A stretch of 64,000 nucleotides of DNA from Candidatus Sericytochromatia bacterium (GCA_035284745.1 JAYKIL010000021.1:9197-73196); one strand, 5' to 3'. Counted from the stretch's first letter, positions 49,125 to 59,606 are shown. Translations and numbers: made by a program. Notes: generated by a model not told the origin, from the sequence alone.

Positions 49125-51158
49125 ATGGCCGGCCAGCCTCATTTCCTCTTTCCCACCCCGATCCGCCTTGGCGTCGGAATCGCCCTAGGCAGTGCGCTGT
49201 TTTTCGGGTGCGGTGGCTCTCCTACGGGCGTGCCCGGCCAGGGCGCCGCCAACCTGCCCCCGCAAACAAACCCTGGCGTGGCCGATAAAAACAAAGATCA
49301 AACGGGTGTCAACGGTGAAGTTCCGCGCCGCGACCTCAAAGGGACCGTGGTTGACGCGTTAACAGGGGAACCTGTCGACAATGCCATCGTAGTCATTGAA
49401 GGCGTTCAGACCACTACGCTCTCCACACCGATACCCCCAGCTCCATCACCCGGAGAGGGCGAAATGGAGGCCTCCCCCCCTGCCGGAGGGGGAGGAGGTC
49501 CTGGAAGAAAGCAGTTTCGCCTCGCCCAGGTCGATAATCCTATCGTTGAGGATGGTGGGGCCAGCGCGCCCACCGGCCTCTCGCCCGCCCCAGGCTCCGT
49601 CGAACCCTCCACCCCAGCCACTTCAACTCAAGGCGTGGTAAGTGACGCGACCCAGCCTGCCTCGGGCGCCGCGTTGCCTGCAACCGCGACAGAAACGGTC
49701 AAAATGACTCCAGCGGCTGCCCCATCGGCGTCGGCGGCTCCCGTGACAGCCGCTGCGCAAACCCCGGGCGCCTCTGCGCCGATTCCAACGGGCACGCCTT
49801 ACCCGGTGACGACATACCAGGTGGACTCCCAGGGAAAATTTGAACTCAAGGAAATTCCCGAAGGGAGCTACAACCTCACCTTTTGGGCGCCCGGTTATCA
49901 AGCGGTTTCGTTCATCGGTTCGTTGCCCAAAGACATTGACGTGCCGTTGCGCCCGCTGGAGCCTGATGTAAAGAAACTTCACGAGGTGAAAGGGGTGGTT
50001 CGGCTTGCCAACAACCAACCCGCCGGCGACGTGGATGTAGAAATTTCGTCCCTTACGGGACGTCTGGCTGGGCAACGGGAGAGTACGGACCAGAGCGGCA
50101 ATTTCAAGATGAAAGGAATTCCATCTGGGAACTACAGTCTTGCAGCGTGGACCAACGATTCCGATGGCGAACTGGCGAGTTTTGCGATGGTTAAAGAGGT
50201 GCCGGTGGCAGTGGGGCGGGAACGCCGCAGCGTGTCACCCACCCTGGTGCTGCGTGCCGTCACGAACCCTGTGCTGTTTGCAGGAACCGTCGAGGGGTCA
50301 GCGAGAGAGAGTGAAGTAAAGGCGGCCCTGGCGGCCAAAAAACCAGTGCCTGGTGTCCGCCCGCAGCGGGTTCTTGCCGCCCTACAAGTGGGCGACGGCG
50401 AAATACCTATTATGAGCGTACCGATTGGAAAAGACGGCTACTTCAGGTTGCGCTTACCGCCTGTTCCAGATGGGGTGACCTATCACCTCACGGCCACCGG
50501 CCAAAGCGAGACCGGCCAACTCGCGTACAAGCACCTTTACGATCTCGAAGCAGCTGACCCCAAACTTACAATCAAACTGCCGGATGCCCCTTCGGGGGTG
50601 ACGGTGGCTGAGCGCGGCAAGCACCCCCGCTTTTCTTGGGAGGCCCTTAACTCACAAGTGACCGCCTATCGCCTGTCCGTCGACAAAGTGGGCCCCGACG
50701 GCGATACGCTGTGGGAGGCGTGGACGGGAAATACCGGCGCCAACTTACCGAATGTGAAAGAACTGTCTTTCTTACGGGAAGGCGAGAGCTATCGCTATTC
50801 GCTGTCGGCGGTCAAACTCTTGGATGATAAAAAATTCGAGCTCTCGCAGGTCGTCGACCGACCGTGGGAGGCATCCGGCGTCACGAAACCAGCCACTTTT
50901 GAAGTCCTCAAGGCACAGGAAAGCGAGCGGCAATTGAAGACCACCCGCACGCCCGCACCCCCCAAAAAACCGATTCCTACCCCGCTCAGACCCCTCAAGT
51001 CGAAACGGCCCACGCCCGCCTCCGCTGCACCAGGGGTCACCAAGCCTCGGGTGGAGGGAAGTGCCACACCCACCCCGATGGCAACCCCTCAACCCCGGTC
51101 GCCCAAACCTTCACCCAAAAATCCGCGGATAAAGACGATGGAAGACATCGAGCTATAA
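49125..51158 (+). CDS. Secreted lipoprotein with Pro/Ala-rich linkers, several carboxypeptidase-regulatory-like (CarboxypepD_reg) beta-sandwich repeats and a Fn3-like domain
   Basis: Lipobox FFGCGGS. Repeats DLKGTVVDALTGEPVDNAIVVIEG; GKFELKEIPEGSYNLTFWAPGY; VKGVVRL...SGNFKMKGIPSGNYSLAAW. Confidence 0.5.
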   Translation: MAGQPHFLFPTPIRLGVGIALGSALFFGCGGSPTGVPGQGAANLPPQTNPGVADKNKDQTGVNGEVPRRDLKGTVVDALTGEPVDNAIVVIEGVQTTTLSTPIPPAPSPGEGEMEASPPAGGGGGPGRKQFRLAQVDNPIVEDGGASAPTGLSPAPGSVEPSTPATSTQGVVSDATQPASGAALPATATETVKMTPAAAPSASAAPVTAAAQTPGASAPIPTGTPYPVTTYQVDSQGKFELKEIPEGSYNLTFWAPGYQAVSFIGSLPKDIDVPLRPLEPDVKKLHEVKGVVRLANNQPAGDVDVEISSLTGRLAGQRESTDQSGNFKMKGIPSGNYSLAAWTNDSDGELASFAMVKEVPVAVGRERRSVSPTLVLRAVTNPVLFAGTVEGSARESEVKAALAAKKPVPGVRPQRVLAALQVGDGEIPIMSVPIGKDGYFRLRLPPVPDGVTYHLTATGQSETGQLAYKHLYDLEAADPKLTIKLPDAPSGVTVAERGKHPRFSWEALNSQVTAYRLSVDKVGPDGDTLWEAWTGNTGANLPNVKELSFLREGESYRYSLSAVKLLDDKKFELSQVVDRPWEASGVTKPATFEVLKAQESERQLKTTRTPAPPKKPIPTPLRPLKSKRPTPASAAPGVTKPRVEGSATPTPMATPQPRSPKPSPKNPRIKTMEDIEL

Positions 51159-51160
51159 CT

Positions 51161-51733
51161 TTGTTGTTACCGCAGCCTGCACCCACGCGGCCTCGCGTCC
51201 GCGGCCTTGCTCGCTATGTTCTGGCTGCCGGCGCCTTGGCACTATTCGCCTGCGAGGTTCCGTTTAACACGCTTGAACAAATCGTGGTGGCCCCCTACGT
51301 CTCATTCGAGCAGACCACCGCGCCTGCGACTCAGGGGTCAACACCGTCGGATTCAGACTGCCTCCGAACACCAGCCACTTTGTTTCCCGTCCCTGCCGAA
51401 ACCCATAAACTCAAAATTTCTGATGTCAAATTCCGGTGGTCTGTGCGTAACAAGGGCCCCCTGACGGTCTCTGTGATTCTGTTCGTAGCCGCGGGTGGCC
51501 AAGACCCCTACACAGCAGGTGCCAAAGGGATTCATACCCCTATCTTGTCCCTCGGACGCCGCGGCGGTCAGGCCACGTACGCCACGCCTGTCACCCAAGA
51601 AATGTTGGCAGCGCAGGAGTGGGCCATGGGGGTTCAGATGAGTACGACCCCACTGAATCAGACAACTAATTGGCGTGTCGACGATTATATCGAAGTTCGG
51701 TATCAGGTCTTAGGCCAGGCAAAGATACCCTGA
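51161..51733 (+). CDS. Hypothetical secreted protein
   Basis: ORF with an Ala-rich signal-like N-terminus (ARYVLAAGALALFAC), possibly a lipobox. Adjacent to, and co-oriented with, the previous lipoprotein. Confidence 0.4.
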   Translation: MLLPQPAPTRPRVRGLARYVLAAGALALFACEVPFNTLEQIVVAPYVSFEQTTAPATQGSTPSDSDCLRTPATLFPVPAETHKLKISDVKFRWSVRNKGPLTVSVILFVAAGGQDPYTAGAKGIHTPILSLGRRGGQATYATPVTQEMLAAQEWAMGVQMSTTPLNQTTNWRVDDYIEVRYQVLGQAKIP

Positions 51734-51774
51734 TATATCGATACTTTCGAGCAGATACCGATAACCGACACCGC

Positions 51775-51820
51775 CCAAAAAACACAAAAAAAGCCCGGAA
51801 GGTGCGTCTTCCTTCCGGGC
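51775..51820 (-). terminator. Rho-independent terminator downstream of metK (minus strand); possibly bidirectional for the + gene ending at 51733
   Basis: Perfect 10-bp stem gcccggaagg (51793-51802) / ccttccgggc (51811-51820) with an 8-nt loop. On the minus strand it is followed by TTTTTTTGTGTTTTTT. Confidence 0.6.
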
Positions 51821-51868
51821 AGAATCCGTGCCAAAAACAACACGTAACCCACCGCGTGGGGTCGTGGT

Positions 51869-53098
51869 TTAAACAGTCATCACCAGGCGAGCAGCGGCCT
51901 CTTTCAGCGTCACTGCACGATCCGTTTTCTCCCAAGGCACGTCCACATCAGTGCGGCCAAAGTGCCCATAGGCCGCCACCTGTTTGTAAATAGGACGCCT
52001 GAGATCGAGCATCCGAATGATGCCCGCCGGGCGCAAATCGAAATGCTCCGAAACCAGCCGTTCAATGGCCTCGTCAGGGATCGCGCCCGTTCCATAGGTA
52101 TCTACAAAGATCGAAGTAGGCCGCGCCACGCCGATCGCGTAGGAAAGTTGTATCTCAACCTGTCGAGCCAAGCCAGCCGCGACGATATTTTTTGCGACGT
52201 AGCGCGCTGCATAGGCCGCCGAGCGATCGACCTTGGTGGGGTCCTTGCCGCTGAAGGCACCGCCGCCGTGACGGGCGTAACCTCCGTAGGTATCCACGAT
52301 GATCTTGCGGCCCGTCAGGCCTGCATCCCCCTGCGGGCCCCCAACGACGAACCGACCGGAAGGGTTAATCAAGACCCGCGTATCGGACTTGAGCAGTTCT
52401 TTGGGCAGCACAGGGTCTATAACGTGTGTCGTCAAGTCCTGCTCTATCTTTGCGGCTTCCACCTCAGGCGCATGCTGGGTCGAAATAACCACCGTATCGA
52501 TCCTAACAGGCTTCCCGCCCTCATACTCAACCGTCACTTGGCTCTTTCCATCCGGGCGCAGGTAATTCAAGCCCAACTCTTTCCGAGCCAACGAAAGTCG
52601 TTTGGTCAATTGGTGCGCCAACACGATAGGCAGGGGCATCAACTCCGGGGTTTCATCACAAGCAAAACCAAACATCAAGCCTTGATCCCCAGCGCCGATT
52701 TCATCGATCCGTTTCTCGATCTCGGCTTCAGACAAACCTGAGGTGCGCAGTTCAAAACTGCGATCGACCGCCGCCGCGATGTCCGGGGACTGTTCATCAA
52801 TGGCCGTCAAGACCGCACAGGTCTCCGCGTCAAACCCAAATTTGGCGCGTGTGTAACCGATGCCTCGCACGGTCTCGCGAACCAGTTTCGGAATATCCAC
52901 GTAGCATTGAGTGGTGATTTCACCCGCCACCAATACCAAGCCCGTGGTCACGCTCGTCTCGCAGGCCACGCGAGCCATCGGGTCTGCCGCAAGAATGGCA
53001 TCAAGAATGGCATCTGAAATTTGGTCGCAAATTTTATCGGGGTGGCCCTCAGTCACCGATTCAGACGTAAACAGATGACGGCGGTTCAACATAGACAC
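51869..53098 (-). CDS. metK: S-adenosylmethionine synthetase
   Basis: [25 protein letters not shown]..., [35 protein letters not shown]. Confidence 0.95.
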   Translation of the reverse strand: MSMLNRRHLFTSESVTEGHPDKICDQISDAILDAILAADPMARVACETSVTTGLVLVAGEITTQCYVDIPKLVRETVRGIGYTRAKFGFDAETCAVLTAIDEQSPDIAAAVDRSFELRTSGLSEAEIEKRIDEIGAGDQGLMFGFACDETPELMPLPIVLAHQLTKRLSLARKELGLNYLRPDGKSQVTVEYEGGKPVRIDTVVISTQHAPEVEAAKIEQDLTTHVIDPVLPKELLKSDTRVLINPSGRFVVGGPQGDAGLTGRKIIVDTYGGYARHGGGAFSGKDPTKVDRSAAYAARYVAKNIVAAGLARQVEIQLSYAIGVARPTSIFVDTYGTGAIPDEAIERLVSEHFDLRPAGIIRMLDLRRPIYKQVAAYGHFGRTDVDVPWEKTDRAVTLKEAAARLVMTV

Positions 53099-53189
53099 CT
53101 AATCAATCCTCCCAAGGCGTACCAACGGACGCAGAAGGCTCAAGTTAACATAAAAGATTGCTGCGCGTCAAAAAACAACACGCAGCGTA

Positions 53190-54554
53190 CTAATTTTGAC
53201 CCGCAAAATTACGCGAAGTGATGCTTTGAAACTTGGTGAGATTCTTCTCGAAATAAAGCTCCACGTGTCCCACGGGGCCATTACGGTGTTTCGCAATGAT
53301 GACCTCGGCAGTCGACTTTTTGTCGGTGTCGGGGTTGTAATACTCGTCCCGATAAATAAACATCACAATGTCCGCATCCTGTTCGATGCTGCCACTTTCT
53401 CGCAGGTCAGAGAGCATCGGGCGCTTGTTCGGGCGACTCTCGACCGCACGACTCAGTTGTGACAAAGCAATCACCGGCACACGAAGCTCCCGTGCCAGTT
53501 GTTTCAGACCCCGCGATATCGCCCCCATCGCTGCGGCACGATTGTCATCCTTGGTGGATTTGATGCCCGATGACATCAGTTGAAGGTAGTCCACCATAAT
53601 GAGGCCCAATTCTCCAGTTTCGGCCATCACACGACGCGCCTTAGAGCGCAGTTCCGCCACCGTCAAGGCAGCCGTGTCGTCGATGTAAATGGGCGTTTCA
53701 GACAACAATCCGATCGCCTGGACCAACTTTCCCCAGTCCTGTTCAGCCAGGTACCCTGTGCGCAACCGATGCGAATCGATGCCCGCTTCAGCACACAAAA
53801 GCCGTTGCACCAATTGCTCCTTCGACATTTCGAGAGAATAAACCAAGACGGCCTTGCGGGTCTCCACAGCCACGTTTCGACAGAAGTTGAGCGCCAAGCT
53901 GGTCTTTCCCATCGCGGGGCGTGCGGCCAAAATCAGCAAATCACTGCTTTGAAAGCCATTGAGCATATTGTCGAGGTCGTAAAAACCGGTGGTATTTCCC
54001 AACAGGCGATCCTTGTCGGCATACCGTGCTTCGATGGTTTCGAAGGTCTCATTGATCACGTCCTTAATGGGAGTCATCGCGCCCGATTGCCTGCGCTGTC
54101 CCACCTCCAAAACCGTTCTTTCCGCCGTATCGAGAATCGCTTCGACGTCTTCTTCCTCAGCAAATGCAGCGGCCACAATCTCCGTGCCAACGCGTATCAA
54201 ATTACGCAAAACCGCTTTATCAGCAACAATCTTGGCGTAATATTCCGCGTGCGCGGTGGTTGGGATCGAGGCCAATAAATCGGCGAGATACCCGATTCCT
54301 CCCACCTCTTCGAGCCGAGGACCCAACTCTCCCTGCAAGGTAATCAGGTCGACAGGCTCGCCGCGTTCATACAGGGTTCTCATCGCGTCGAAAATCACCC
54401 CGTGCGATGCCCGATAAAATCCGGGACCCTCGAGCGTCTGACTCACGCGTGCGATCGCCTCGCGATCCATCATCATCGCGGCAAGTACGGCCTGCTCTGC
54501 CTCCATATTTTGAGGAGGGATGCGTTCAATAACTTCTTTCATGCCACCCGCCAA
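53190..54554 (-). CDS. dnaB: Replicative DNA helicase DnaB
   Basis: N-terminal PPQNMEAEQAVLAAMM, Walker A ILAARPAMGKTSLALNF, RecA-like C-domain; 454 aa. Confidence 0.95.
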   Translation of the reverse strand: MAGGMKEVIERIPPQNMEAEQAVLAAMMMDREAIARVSQTLEGPGFYRASHGVIFDAMRTLYERGEPVDLITLQGELGPRLEEVGGIGYLADLLASIPTTAHAEYYAKIVADKAVLRNLIRVGTEIVAAAFAEEEDVEAILDTAERTVLEVGQRRQSGAMTPIKDVINETFETIEARYADKDRLLGNTTGFYDLDNMLNGFQSSDLLILAARPAMGKTSLALNFCRNVAVETRKAVLVYSLEMSKEQLVQRLLCAEAGIDSHRLRTGYLAEQDWGKLVQAIGLLSETPIYIDDTAALTVAELRSKARRVMAETGELGLIMVDYLQLMSSGIKSTKDDNRAAAMGAISRGLKQLARELRVPVIALSQLSRAVESRPNKRPMLSDLRESGSIEQDADIVMFIYRDEYYNPDTDKKSTAEVIIAKHRNGPVGHVELYFEKNLTKFQSITSRNFAGQN

Positions 54555-54590
54555 CCCAGAACTTTCTGGGGTGCTTCCCGTCAGGCTCCG

Positions 54591-55037
54591 TTAGTGAGCC
54601 TCACGCACATCGATTTTGACTTTGGCACTGACTGCAGGATGCAACTTCACGACGAATTCGTGCAAGCCAATGGTCTTAATCGGGTCTGCGTCAATCTTCC
54701 GCTTATCGACCTCTTGACCTAACTGGCCGGCGATGGCCTGTGCAATTTCCTTGTGCGTAATGGTGCCGAAAAGCTTGCCGTTTTCTCCCACTTTGTGAGA
54801 AACGACCAGTTTGGCTGATTCTAAGACCTTTGCAAGTTCCTGCGCTTGCGCCTTTAGGCGTTCCTCACGACGGGCATCTGCCTTTTTCTTTTCATCGAGT
54901 TGCTTCAATGCCGCCGGCGTTGCCTCAGTTGCCAGCTGACGAGGGAAAAGAAAATTGCGAGCATATCCCTCAGAGACATCCACCAGCGCACCCGTTTTTC
55001 CGAGATCTTTGACGTCTTTGCTTAAAATAACTTTCAT
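54591..55037 (-). CDS. rplI: 50S ribosomal protein L9
   Basis: [36 protein letters not shown]... Start at the internal Met of the track ORF. Confidence 0.9.
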   Translation of the reverse strand: MKVILSKDVKDLGKTGALVDVSEGYARNFLFPRQLATEATPAALKQLDEKKKADARREERLKAQAQELAKVLESAKLVVSHKVGENGKLFGTITHKEIAQAIAGQLGQEVDKRKIDADPIKTIGLHEFVVKLHPAVSAKVKIDVREAH

Positions 55038-55232
55038 GGCGATGCCCTCCGTGTGCGGATGCACAAATTTAGAACCGGATTATAACACGCGGCAACGTCT
55101 CCACCCCGCGGGCTGTCGACGCAATCCATCCGTAGCGGGTTACAGGCATTGAGCCCGAAGAGGGCGGCTTCGCACTGTGGCAGAAATCGGGTACCCTGGG
55201 ACCACCGTGTTTCAAATTCAAAAGAGGGATTC

Positions 55233-55421
55233 ATGCTCGGTTTGATGACTTTTCTGATGTTTTTCACGACGCTGTTTCAGGCGTGGCAAGCCCACAAACA
55301 ATGGCAAGCCTACCAGAGGGGCGAAGTGACGCGCGGCAGGGCTGTCAATCAAATCACAAACGTGGTCCTGATGGCAGCTGGCACAGTCGGTCTATTTCTG
55401 GTGGGACGACTGATCGGCTAA
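55233..55421 (+). CDS. Small (62 aa) two-TM membrane protein, hypothetical
   Basis: ATG 55233 preceded by AAAGAGGGA RBS. Hydrophobic segments MLGLMTFLMFFTTLF and VVLMAAGTVGLFLVG. Confidence 0.35.
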   Translation: MLGLMTFLMFFTTLFQAWQAHKQWQAYQRGEVTRGRAVNQITNVVLMAAGTVGLFLVGRLIG

Positions 55422-55427
55422 GGCCCT

Positions 55428-56057
55428 TTAAAACGAGAAACTCAAGCCGCCATCTGGCTGGACCATGCGAATTTCCAGCCGTTTATCGGTAAAGAAGAAC
55501 ATCTCGGCCGTCCAGAAATTGCTGGTGCTGGCCTGACCGCGAATTCGATACACCTCGGCGGCCCGTTTTTCCCCTTGTTCCCCCTGAAATCTTCCGTCGT
55601 TGTTCACATCGTCCCACGCCAACATCACGTAGGTCCCTTCCGCGGTATCGGGTCCGGGCGTAATTTGCAAAGAGAATCGGTTGTCACGGGGCGTCACGGT
55701 CTGATCGAATTCCACAGTCTTGGGCTCCGTGAGATTAAAGTCCAATTGACCGCGCGGTGCCCCCTCATTGGGTAGCTCGGTCCAAGCCAGATATCCAACC
55801 TTAATCGCGGCAGGAGGATTCGACACAGTGCCCGCGGTCGCCAAGGGGCGTAAAAACCGCTGTGCCATCACTCCCATGGCGATGGCCCCTGCATTACACG
55901 CAGTAAGAGGCAGCAACAAAGCGAAGGCAATGGTCGGCTTTACGAATTTCAAAGCGAGGACCCTCTCCAGGTCATAAAAAAACGCGCCCCGCTTCACCCT
56001 ACCATAACTGCCGCGCAGTGTGTGTGACGGTTGCCAGCAAAAGCCCGTCGGATTCAT
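55428..56057 (-). CDS. Hypothetical lipoprotein
   Basis: Signal + lipobox LLLPLTACNAG. No catalytic motifs. Confidence 0.4.
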   Translation of the reverse strand: MNPTGFCWQPSHTLRGSYGRVKRGAFFYDLERVLALKFVKPTIAFALLLPLTACNAGAIAMGVMAQRFLRPLATAGTVSNPPAAIKVGYLAWTELPNEGAPRGQLDFNLTEPKTVEFDQTVTPRDNRFSLQITPGPDTAEGTYVMLAWDDVNNDGRFQGEQGEKRAAEVYRIRGQASTSNFWTAEMFFFTDKRLEIRMVQPDGGLSFSF

Positions 56058-56089
56058 TCCGACGGGTGGTGCACTTCGTTGGATTGCAG

Positions 56090-57661
56090 TTAGAAATTAC
56101 TGATGGGTTGTCCACCCGGGATCACCGTTCCCCCGGGGCCGTAGGTCACGGTGTTCTGGCTCATCCCTGTCCCTCCAAACCCCCCTCCTGTGCTGTTGTT
56201 TACACCCCGCCAGTCAAACGTACGGTGCATGATGATCCCATTCTCGCCCACCACAAAACCTTCCCCCTGTGGCAAGAGGTCAATCGCGTAAAAGGCGCCG
56301 TTCACATTCCCGGAGAAGAAACTCGTATCGGGCTTCAGAATCCCATTGAAATTCGCCAGCAAATTACCGAACACGGACTGAGGATTTCTCTCTAGGGTCC
56401 AATCACGCTGACGAACCTGCCCCAGCGCCCAGCCCTCTGTTCCTGAAATCATCTCGATGTCGTAGAGCGGAACTTGGTCCAGTCCGTCGACGGACGCATC
56501 ATACTGGCCCGGCACCCAGCCGTCGCGTTGGGGATCAAATTGCAAGAAAATGCCACGTGGACGAATCAGCAGGTTGTCACGAACTCCGACCGCATAGCCC
56601 TGGGTTTCACTGATCATTTTGATGGCAGTGAGTTCTTGGGAGTCAGTCAAGGAAATGGTGCCCCGATTGTCCCACACATTCTTTTTCTCCCAACTCCCAT
56701 TTTGGAACTTGAGAATCAAAGGCGTCCGGGCCAAGCCAGCGGACTTGCCGACAGCCCAACCACTGCGGGCAGAGGTCATGTGGATGTCATTTAACCTGCC
56801 CTTGGCGGGAGACTGAGCCTGCTTCCACGAAGCCCCATCCCAGTGAAGGATCAGCGCATTCCCGTCGGTTTCTTCGCCCACGGCCCACGCATCGCGTTCG
56901 TTGACGACGTGAATCGCGTGCAACGCACCCGACTTCGCAGGCAGATTGACGGGGGTCCACATGCTCCCATTCCAGCGAGAAACGAACGGAACGCTGCCAC
57001 CGGCCCGTGATCCTACCGCCCAGCCGATCGTATTGTTCGCAAACGCCAAACCACGAACCGAGGCATCCCCCTGGCGAAAAGTCGGTTCTGGCCTCCACGC
57101 GCCGTTGAGGTAATGTAAGAGGGTCCCGCTGTCACCGCCCGCCCACGCTTCAAAGCGGCTCACCATTTTGACCGTCCGCAGGTTCACACCCGTGGGCGAA
57201 AGCACCTGCTGCCAAGCGTAACGGGCCGGTTCCACCTGCACCGTGGCCTCCGCAGTAAGGTCCCCCAAGCGCGCGACGACCTTCATCGTCCCAGGAGCGA
57301 TGGGCATCAAAACACCCTGGCGATCAATTTGCGCCAATTCCACGTTTGAGACGTTCCAAGTGACCAGACGCGGGTCGTTGTAGACCTTCGAATCGGACCC
57401 TTGAATCGCGACAGCAAAGCGCAGGCTTTGGCCGACACGGGCTCCTGTCTGGCCGGGATTCAATTGTAGGCCCCGGGCCGTGACGCCAGCGGGCAAGGCA
57501 GGGACGACTTCTTGTCGTACCAGGCGGGGTGTACTGACGTACTCGCTGGTGTAGGGCTGCATCGCCAGCGGCTGATAAAACGGTGAGACTCCGCATCCAG
57601 TCAGCATCCAGACGGTAGAAACAGTCACTGAGGCGGAGAAAAAACGCTTTGACGTCATCAT
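56090..57661 (-). CDS. Lipoprotein with Big_2-like Ig domain followed by a YCF48/BNR-like beta-propeller
   Basis: Lipobox MLTGCGVS; Ig-like segment ending TAEATVQVEPA; six or more propeller-blade repeats with GWAVG/AWAVGE/GYAVGV/GWALGQ motifs. Confidence 0.5.
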   Translation of the reverse strand: MMTSKRFFSASVTVSTVWMLTGCGVSPFYQPLAMQPYTSEYVSTPRLVRQEVVPALPAGVTARGLQLNPGQTGARVGQSLRFAVAIQGSDSKVYNDPRLVTWNVSNVELAQIDRQGVLMPIAPGTMKVVARLGDLTAEATVQVEPARYAWQQVLSPTGVNLRTVKMVSRFEAWAGGDSGTLLHYLNGAWRPEPTFRQGDASVRGLAFANNTIGWAVGSRAGGSVPFVSRWNGSMWTPVNLPAKSGALHAIHVVNERDAWAVGEETDGNALILHWDGASWKQAQSPAKGRLNDIHMTSARSGWAVGKSAGLARTPLILKFQNGSWEKKNVWDNRGTISLTDSQELTAIKMISETQGYAVGVRDNLLIRPRGIFLQFDPQRDGWVPGQYDASVDGLDQVPLYDIEMISGTEGWALGQVRQRDWTLERNPQSVFGNLLANFNGILKPDTSFFSGNVNGAFYAIDLLPQGEGFVVGENGIIMHRTFDWRGVNNSTGGGFGGTGMSQNTVTYGPGGTVIPGGQPISNF

Positions 57662-58015
57662 TCATTCCTCGGGAAACCCGTTAAAAAGCTGTGCATAGCA
57701 CCCCGCTATTATCCGCCATTCCACCTTCAAACTGACGTTAAGCTTACAGAAAAATATCTTTATGCCGCCGCCCCAAGGGGAGTGATGCACATCACAACAG
57801 CGAGGTCATTATGGCACGGCGAAGTTCCATAAAATGTTTGTATCAGATGCATACCCGGAGACATGGTAGGGTATACTGTTAATATTCTCGAACACGTGCA
57901 AACGTGCTCTCAAAAATGACGGGCCGAGCAACGCTGAACTATAGACAGCGCCTGTGTCGGGTGCCTAGAGGATGGAACCTCAAAGGGTCGTCAGTGCATT
58001 CTGGTCAGCCAGGCC

Positions 58016-59590
58016 GTGAATGCGAAGGAAATGCCGAAAGGAAGGATTCCTATGGATCTGGCCAGCTCTACTTCGGTCAATCGGATCAATCTTGAAAAAC
58101 TTGAGAGCCGCGGCAACAGTTCTTTGCTGCGGGAGGCGGCGATGTCGCAGCCGCCTCAGAACGTTGCAGCAACGGCGCCGCCTGCGAACTCGAGTGTCCA
58201 AAAGACACCGCTCATTGCGCCTGCCAACGAGTCGTCCAACTCGGGATTTGCGCGCGATTTGGCGCAGACGCTGAGCGATTTGCGTGAGCGATTGGGAGAG
58301 TCAAGTCTGGCATCTGGCCTTCAATTCAGCGCTGCGAGTGCCTCCCAATTGAGTAGCACGGCTCTCAGACAAGTGGAGCTGTCCGACCAAGGTGCGCCCA
58401 ATGAGAGCGACGCGACTTTCTCGCCCTCCGCGCCGGCATCAGTGAACGACCTAGCATCGCAAAGCTTCGACTTCGCAGATGCATTGGACTTCACCGATGA
58501 CAGTTCCTTCGTTCCGCGGGAACCCGTGACGGTCCAAAACAATGCGGCTCCCAGCGCCTCAAATTCGCAACCCGAGGAAAACGAGCAGCAAGAGCCAAAC
58601 CTCGGCGATGCAACGCTCAGCACTCTGTCGACTTCTTTGAACTTACAAAGCGCGGCGGGTCGATTCCAAATTGACGTGAACGGCCAGACGCTCAACTTCC
58701 GCGCTGATCAGACCCTCAATGATGTGTTAACTGGGCTGTCAGCCCCTGGAACCGGTGTCAGGGCATCGTTGGACCCAAGGGAACGGCGCATTGACATCGA
58801 AAGCACGAACGGTCGGCCGCTTTCAATCAACGATCGCGAAGGCAATCTTTCAAGCGGCCTAGGGATCGAAGTCACACCCTCTGAGAATACAAATGCCTCT
58901 TTGAGCCGCGACCTGCAAGACTTTGCACAAGGGCTTAACCGCGCGATCACGACCCTGGAACGGGCCGATTCAACGCCCCAATCGAGAGAGGCGGAGCAGG
59001 TTTTGAATGAACTAAAATCCGCGCTGAACGGTTTGTTTGCCCCCTCGCGAAACGGCCAGGTCAATGGCCTGGGGGACCTTGGTTTTTCCCGCGAAAACGG
59101 CGAAGTGCAGTTTGACGAAAGCCGTCTCAATTCGCTGGTACAGAGCAATCCAGACGAAGTCAATCGTGTGGCAGGTTCTTTGGCGGAAAATGCTGCTCCC
59201 ATCCTGCGCTCGGGCGAACGGGTCGCCCGCGAGATAGAAACGTCCGTGGCCGAGGCAAAGGCCAGCACGCAAGAGGTAAAGATATTTGGCGAAATTCAGC
59301 GCCTGCAAGTGCGTCAGCAGACCTTAGAATTGGACCGGGTCAGTATTGACAGGCTTCGTAACCGGGTGTCTGAGCAGGGTGAATTTCTTGCTCGCGTGGC
59401 GGAGAATTTAGAAGACCGCCTCTCCGGTACCGTGCCGAAAGTCGTCCAAGAGACCAAAGATTTCGCCCGAGACGTGGCGGCATCTCGGCCTCGACGTCAA
59501 TCGGCCATCGCTTTTCGTCCCCCTGATCCGCCACTGGGTAACGTGGGGGCTCCGAATTCCTCCTTCGTGCTCGCGCGGGATCGGGCCTAG
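58016..59590 (+). CDS. Ser/Ala/Asn-rich protein with FliD (flagellar cap / Flagellin_IN)-like central and C-terminal regions. No flagellar genes nearby
   Basis: RFQIDVNGQTLNFRADQTLNDVLTGLSAPGTGVRASLDPRERRIDIESTNG resembles the Flagellin_IN/FliD repeat (INGvtI.v...tL.dlv.aIN...gvtAs). C-terminus FDESRLNSLVQSNPDEVNRVAGSL resembles FliD_C (LD..KL..AL..NPD.V..LF). Confidence 0.35.
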   Translation: MNAKEMPKGRIPMDLASSTSVNRINLEKLESRGNSSLLREAAMSQPPQNVAATAPPANSSVQKTPLIAPANESSNSGFARDLAQTLSDLRERLGESSLASGLQFSAASASQLSSTALRQVELSDQGAPNESDATFSPSAPASVNDLASQSFDFADALDFTDDSSFVPREPVTVQNNAAPSASNSQPEENEQQEPNLGDATLSTLSTSLNLQSAAGRFQIDVNGQTLNFRADQTLNDVLTGLSAPGTGVRASLDPRERRIDIESTNGRPLSINDREGNLSSGLGIEVTPSENTNASLSRDLQDFAQGLNRAITTLERADSTPQSREAEQVLNELKSALNGLFAPSRNGQVNGLGDLGFSRENGEVQFDESRLNSLVQSNPDEVNRVAGSLAENAAPILRSGERVAREIETSVAEAKASTQEVKIFGEIQRLQVRQQTLELDRVSIDRLRNRVSEQGEFLARVAENLEDRLSGTVPKVVQETKDFARDVAASRPRRQSAIAFRPPDPPLGNVGAPNSSFVLARDRA

Positions 59591-59606
59591 CAAGATTGCG
59601 TGATCC

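Noticed and set aside
53099-53189. SAM riboswitch upstream of metK
   Set aside because: Only ~90 nt separate metK from dnaB, and no SAM-I consensus helices were seen in the leader.
57662-58015. Possible structured ncRNA (RNase P, SRP, 6S) in the 355-bp intergenic region
   Set aside because: No conserved RNase P or SRP sequence blocks were recognisable by eye, and the region is AT-rich and promoter-like. Left as a regulatory region. An Rfam scan would be needed.
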